A stretch of 63,972 nucleotides of DNA, filler included, from Chiloscyllium plagiosum (lineage: Eukaryota): NCBI RefSeq assembly GCF_004010195.1. It is 9 parts of 9 records of this genome, joined end to end, with 100 filler letters (N's around TTAATTAATTAA, not from the genome) between each part and the next. Parts side by side here need not be neighbours in the genome. Positions count along the whole stretch, not along the records: positions 62,960 to 63,972 come from NW_025115632.1; 8 more parts are not named here. One strand, written 5' to 3'. Below the pieces are notes generated by a model, which saw only the letters and a list, made by a program, of their open reading frames with translations, had not been told where the DNA came from and did not search any database. The stretch's first letter is position 1; each line of letters begins with the position of its first letter. This document shows, in pieces, positions 63,190 to 63,972 of this stretch. The position numbers and the translations under genes were made by a program.

Positions 63190-63972
63190 CTACAATAGAA
63201 TGACCAATTGAGCATGTTAGTTTCTGTTCATTTGACATTATCAGTTACTCAAATGTATCCTCAGCTAAAAACGTTTGCCAGTATGCTCCCGCTGTGTCTA
63301 CAGCATAACTGGAGTTTGTTTTTGGTTCCTACCAGTTCCTGATCATGATCATTGGTTCCCTCTTTAGAAACATGCCCTCGATCTTGACCATTGCCATATA
63401 ATTTAGGAAGAAGAACATCCTGATCCCACCCCAGGAACTGTTTGAAGATCTCACCAACTGACACTTTCATTGGATTGCTGTGAAGAGCAGAGAAGTTTCA
63501 CAAAATACAAACCAAAGAAATGCAGGTTCATCGAAATTCTACAGTGTGTGCTAACAGGCCATTTGGCCCAACAAGTCCACACCCACCCTCTGAAAATTAA
63601 CGCATCCAGACCCATTCCCCTACCCTATTATGCTACAGTTAACCCTGACTAATGCACCTAAACCCCCAATCACTGAATACAATATTTGCAATTCCCCAAG
63701 CTTGCACATCTTTGGACTGTGGGAGGAAACGCTCACAGACAGTCACCCGAGGCTGGAATGGAACCCGAGTCCCTTGCACTGTGAGACAGCAGCACTAAGC
63801 ACAGAACCAGCGTGCTGCCCCACTAGGTACTGTGCTGCTGGAAATACCCAACAGCTGGTAGTACCCCCGGAGAGAAATCAGAGTGAATCATAGAACATAG
63901 AACTGTACAACGCAGTACCGGCCCTTCGGCCCTCGATGTTGTGCTGCCCTGTCATACTAATCTGAAGCCCAT

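Noticed and set aside
1-63972. Rearranging V, D or J segments with recombination signal sequences
   Set aside because: Isolated CACAGTG-like heptamers occur, but by eye I found none with a properly spaced nonamer next to a V, D or J coding segment; an RSS scan would be needed to exclude them.

Overview
Eukaryotic genomic DNA from a cartilaginous fish. It is a shark; an orectolobiform such as a bamboo shark is my inference from recalled similarity to nurse-shark sequences. The window is not one locus: eight identical 100-bp artificial linkers (N44-TTAATTAATTAA-N44) join nine pieces, and every piece carries an immune Ig-superfamily exon. Contents: (1) an IgM heavy-chain constant region (CH1-CH4 plus secretory tail, minus strand) with several lesions and a partial CH3 duplication; (2) three more IgM CH1 exons, and a second CH4 whose secretory tailpiece alone is frameshifted; (3) two kappa-type light-chain C exons with complementary 5' defects; (4) a nonclassical MHC class I pseudogene (alpha1-alpha3). 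(5) The 29-kb piece 8902-38245 holds what looks like a largely decayed cluster of non-rearranging IgSF receptor genes: a clear NKp30/NCR3-like VJ-type domain with stalk and Arg-containing TM exons, a paralogous ILWxxRA TM exon on the opposite strand, further eroded Ig-domain exons, and an ITAM-like exon. This cluster is the best candidate for an undescribed system. The rest is CR1-type LINEs, HE1-like V-SINEs and Penelope-derived elements with minimal hammerhead ribozyme cores. Family assignments are from recalled motifs, not searches; repeat boundaries are approximate.
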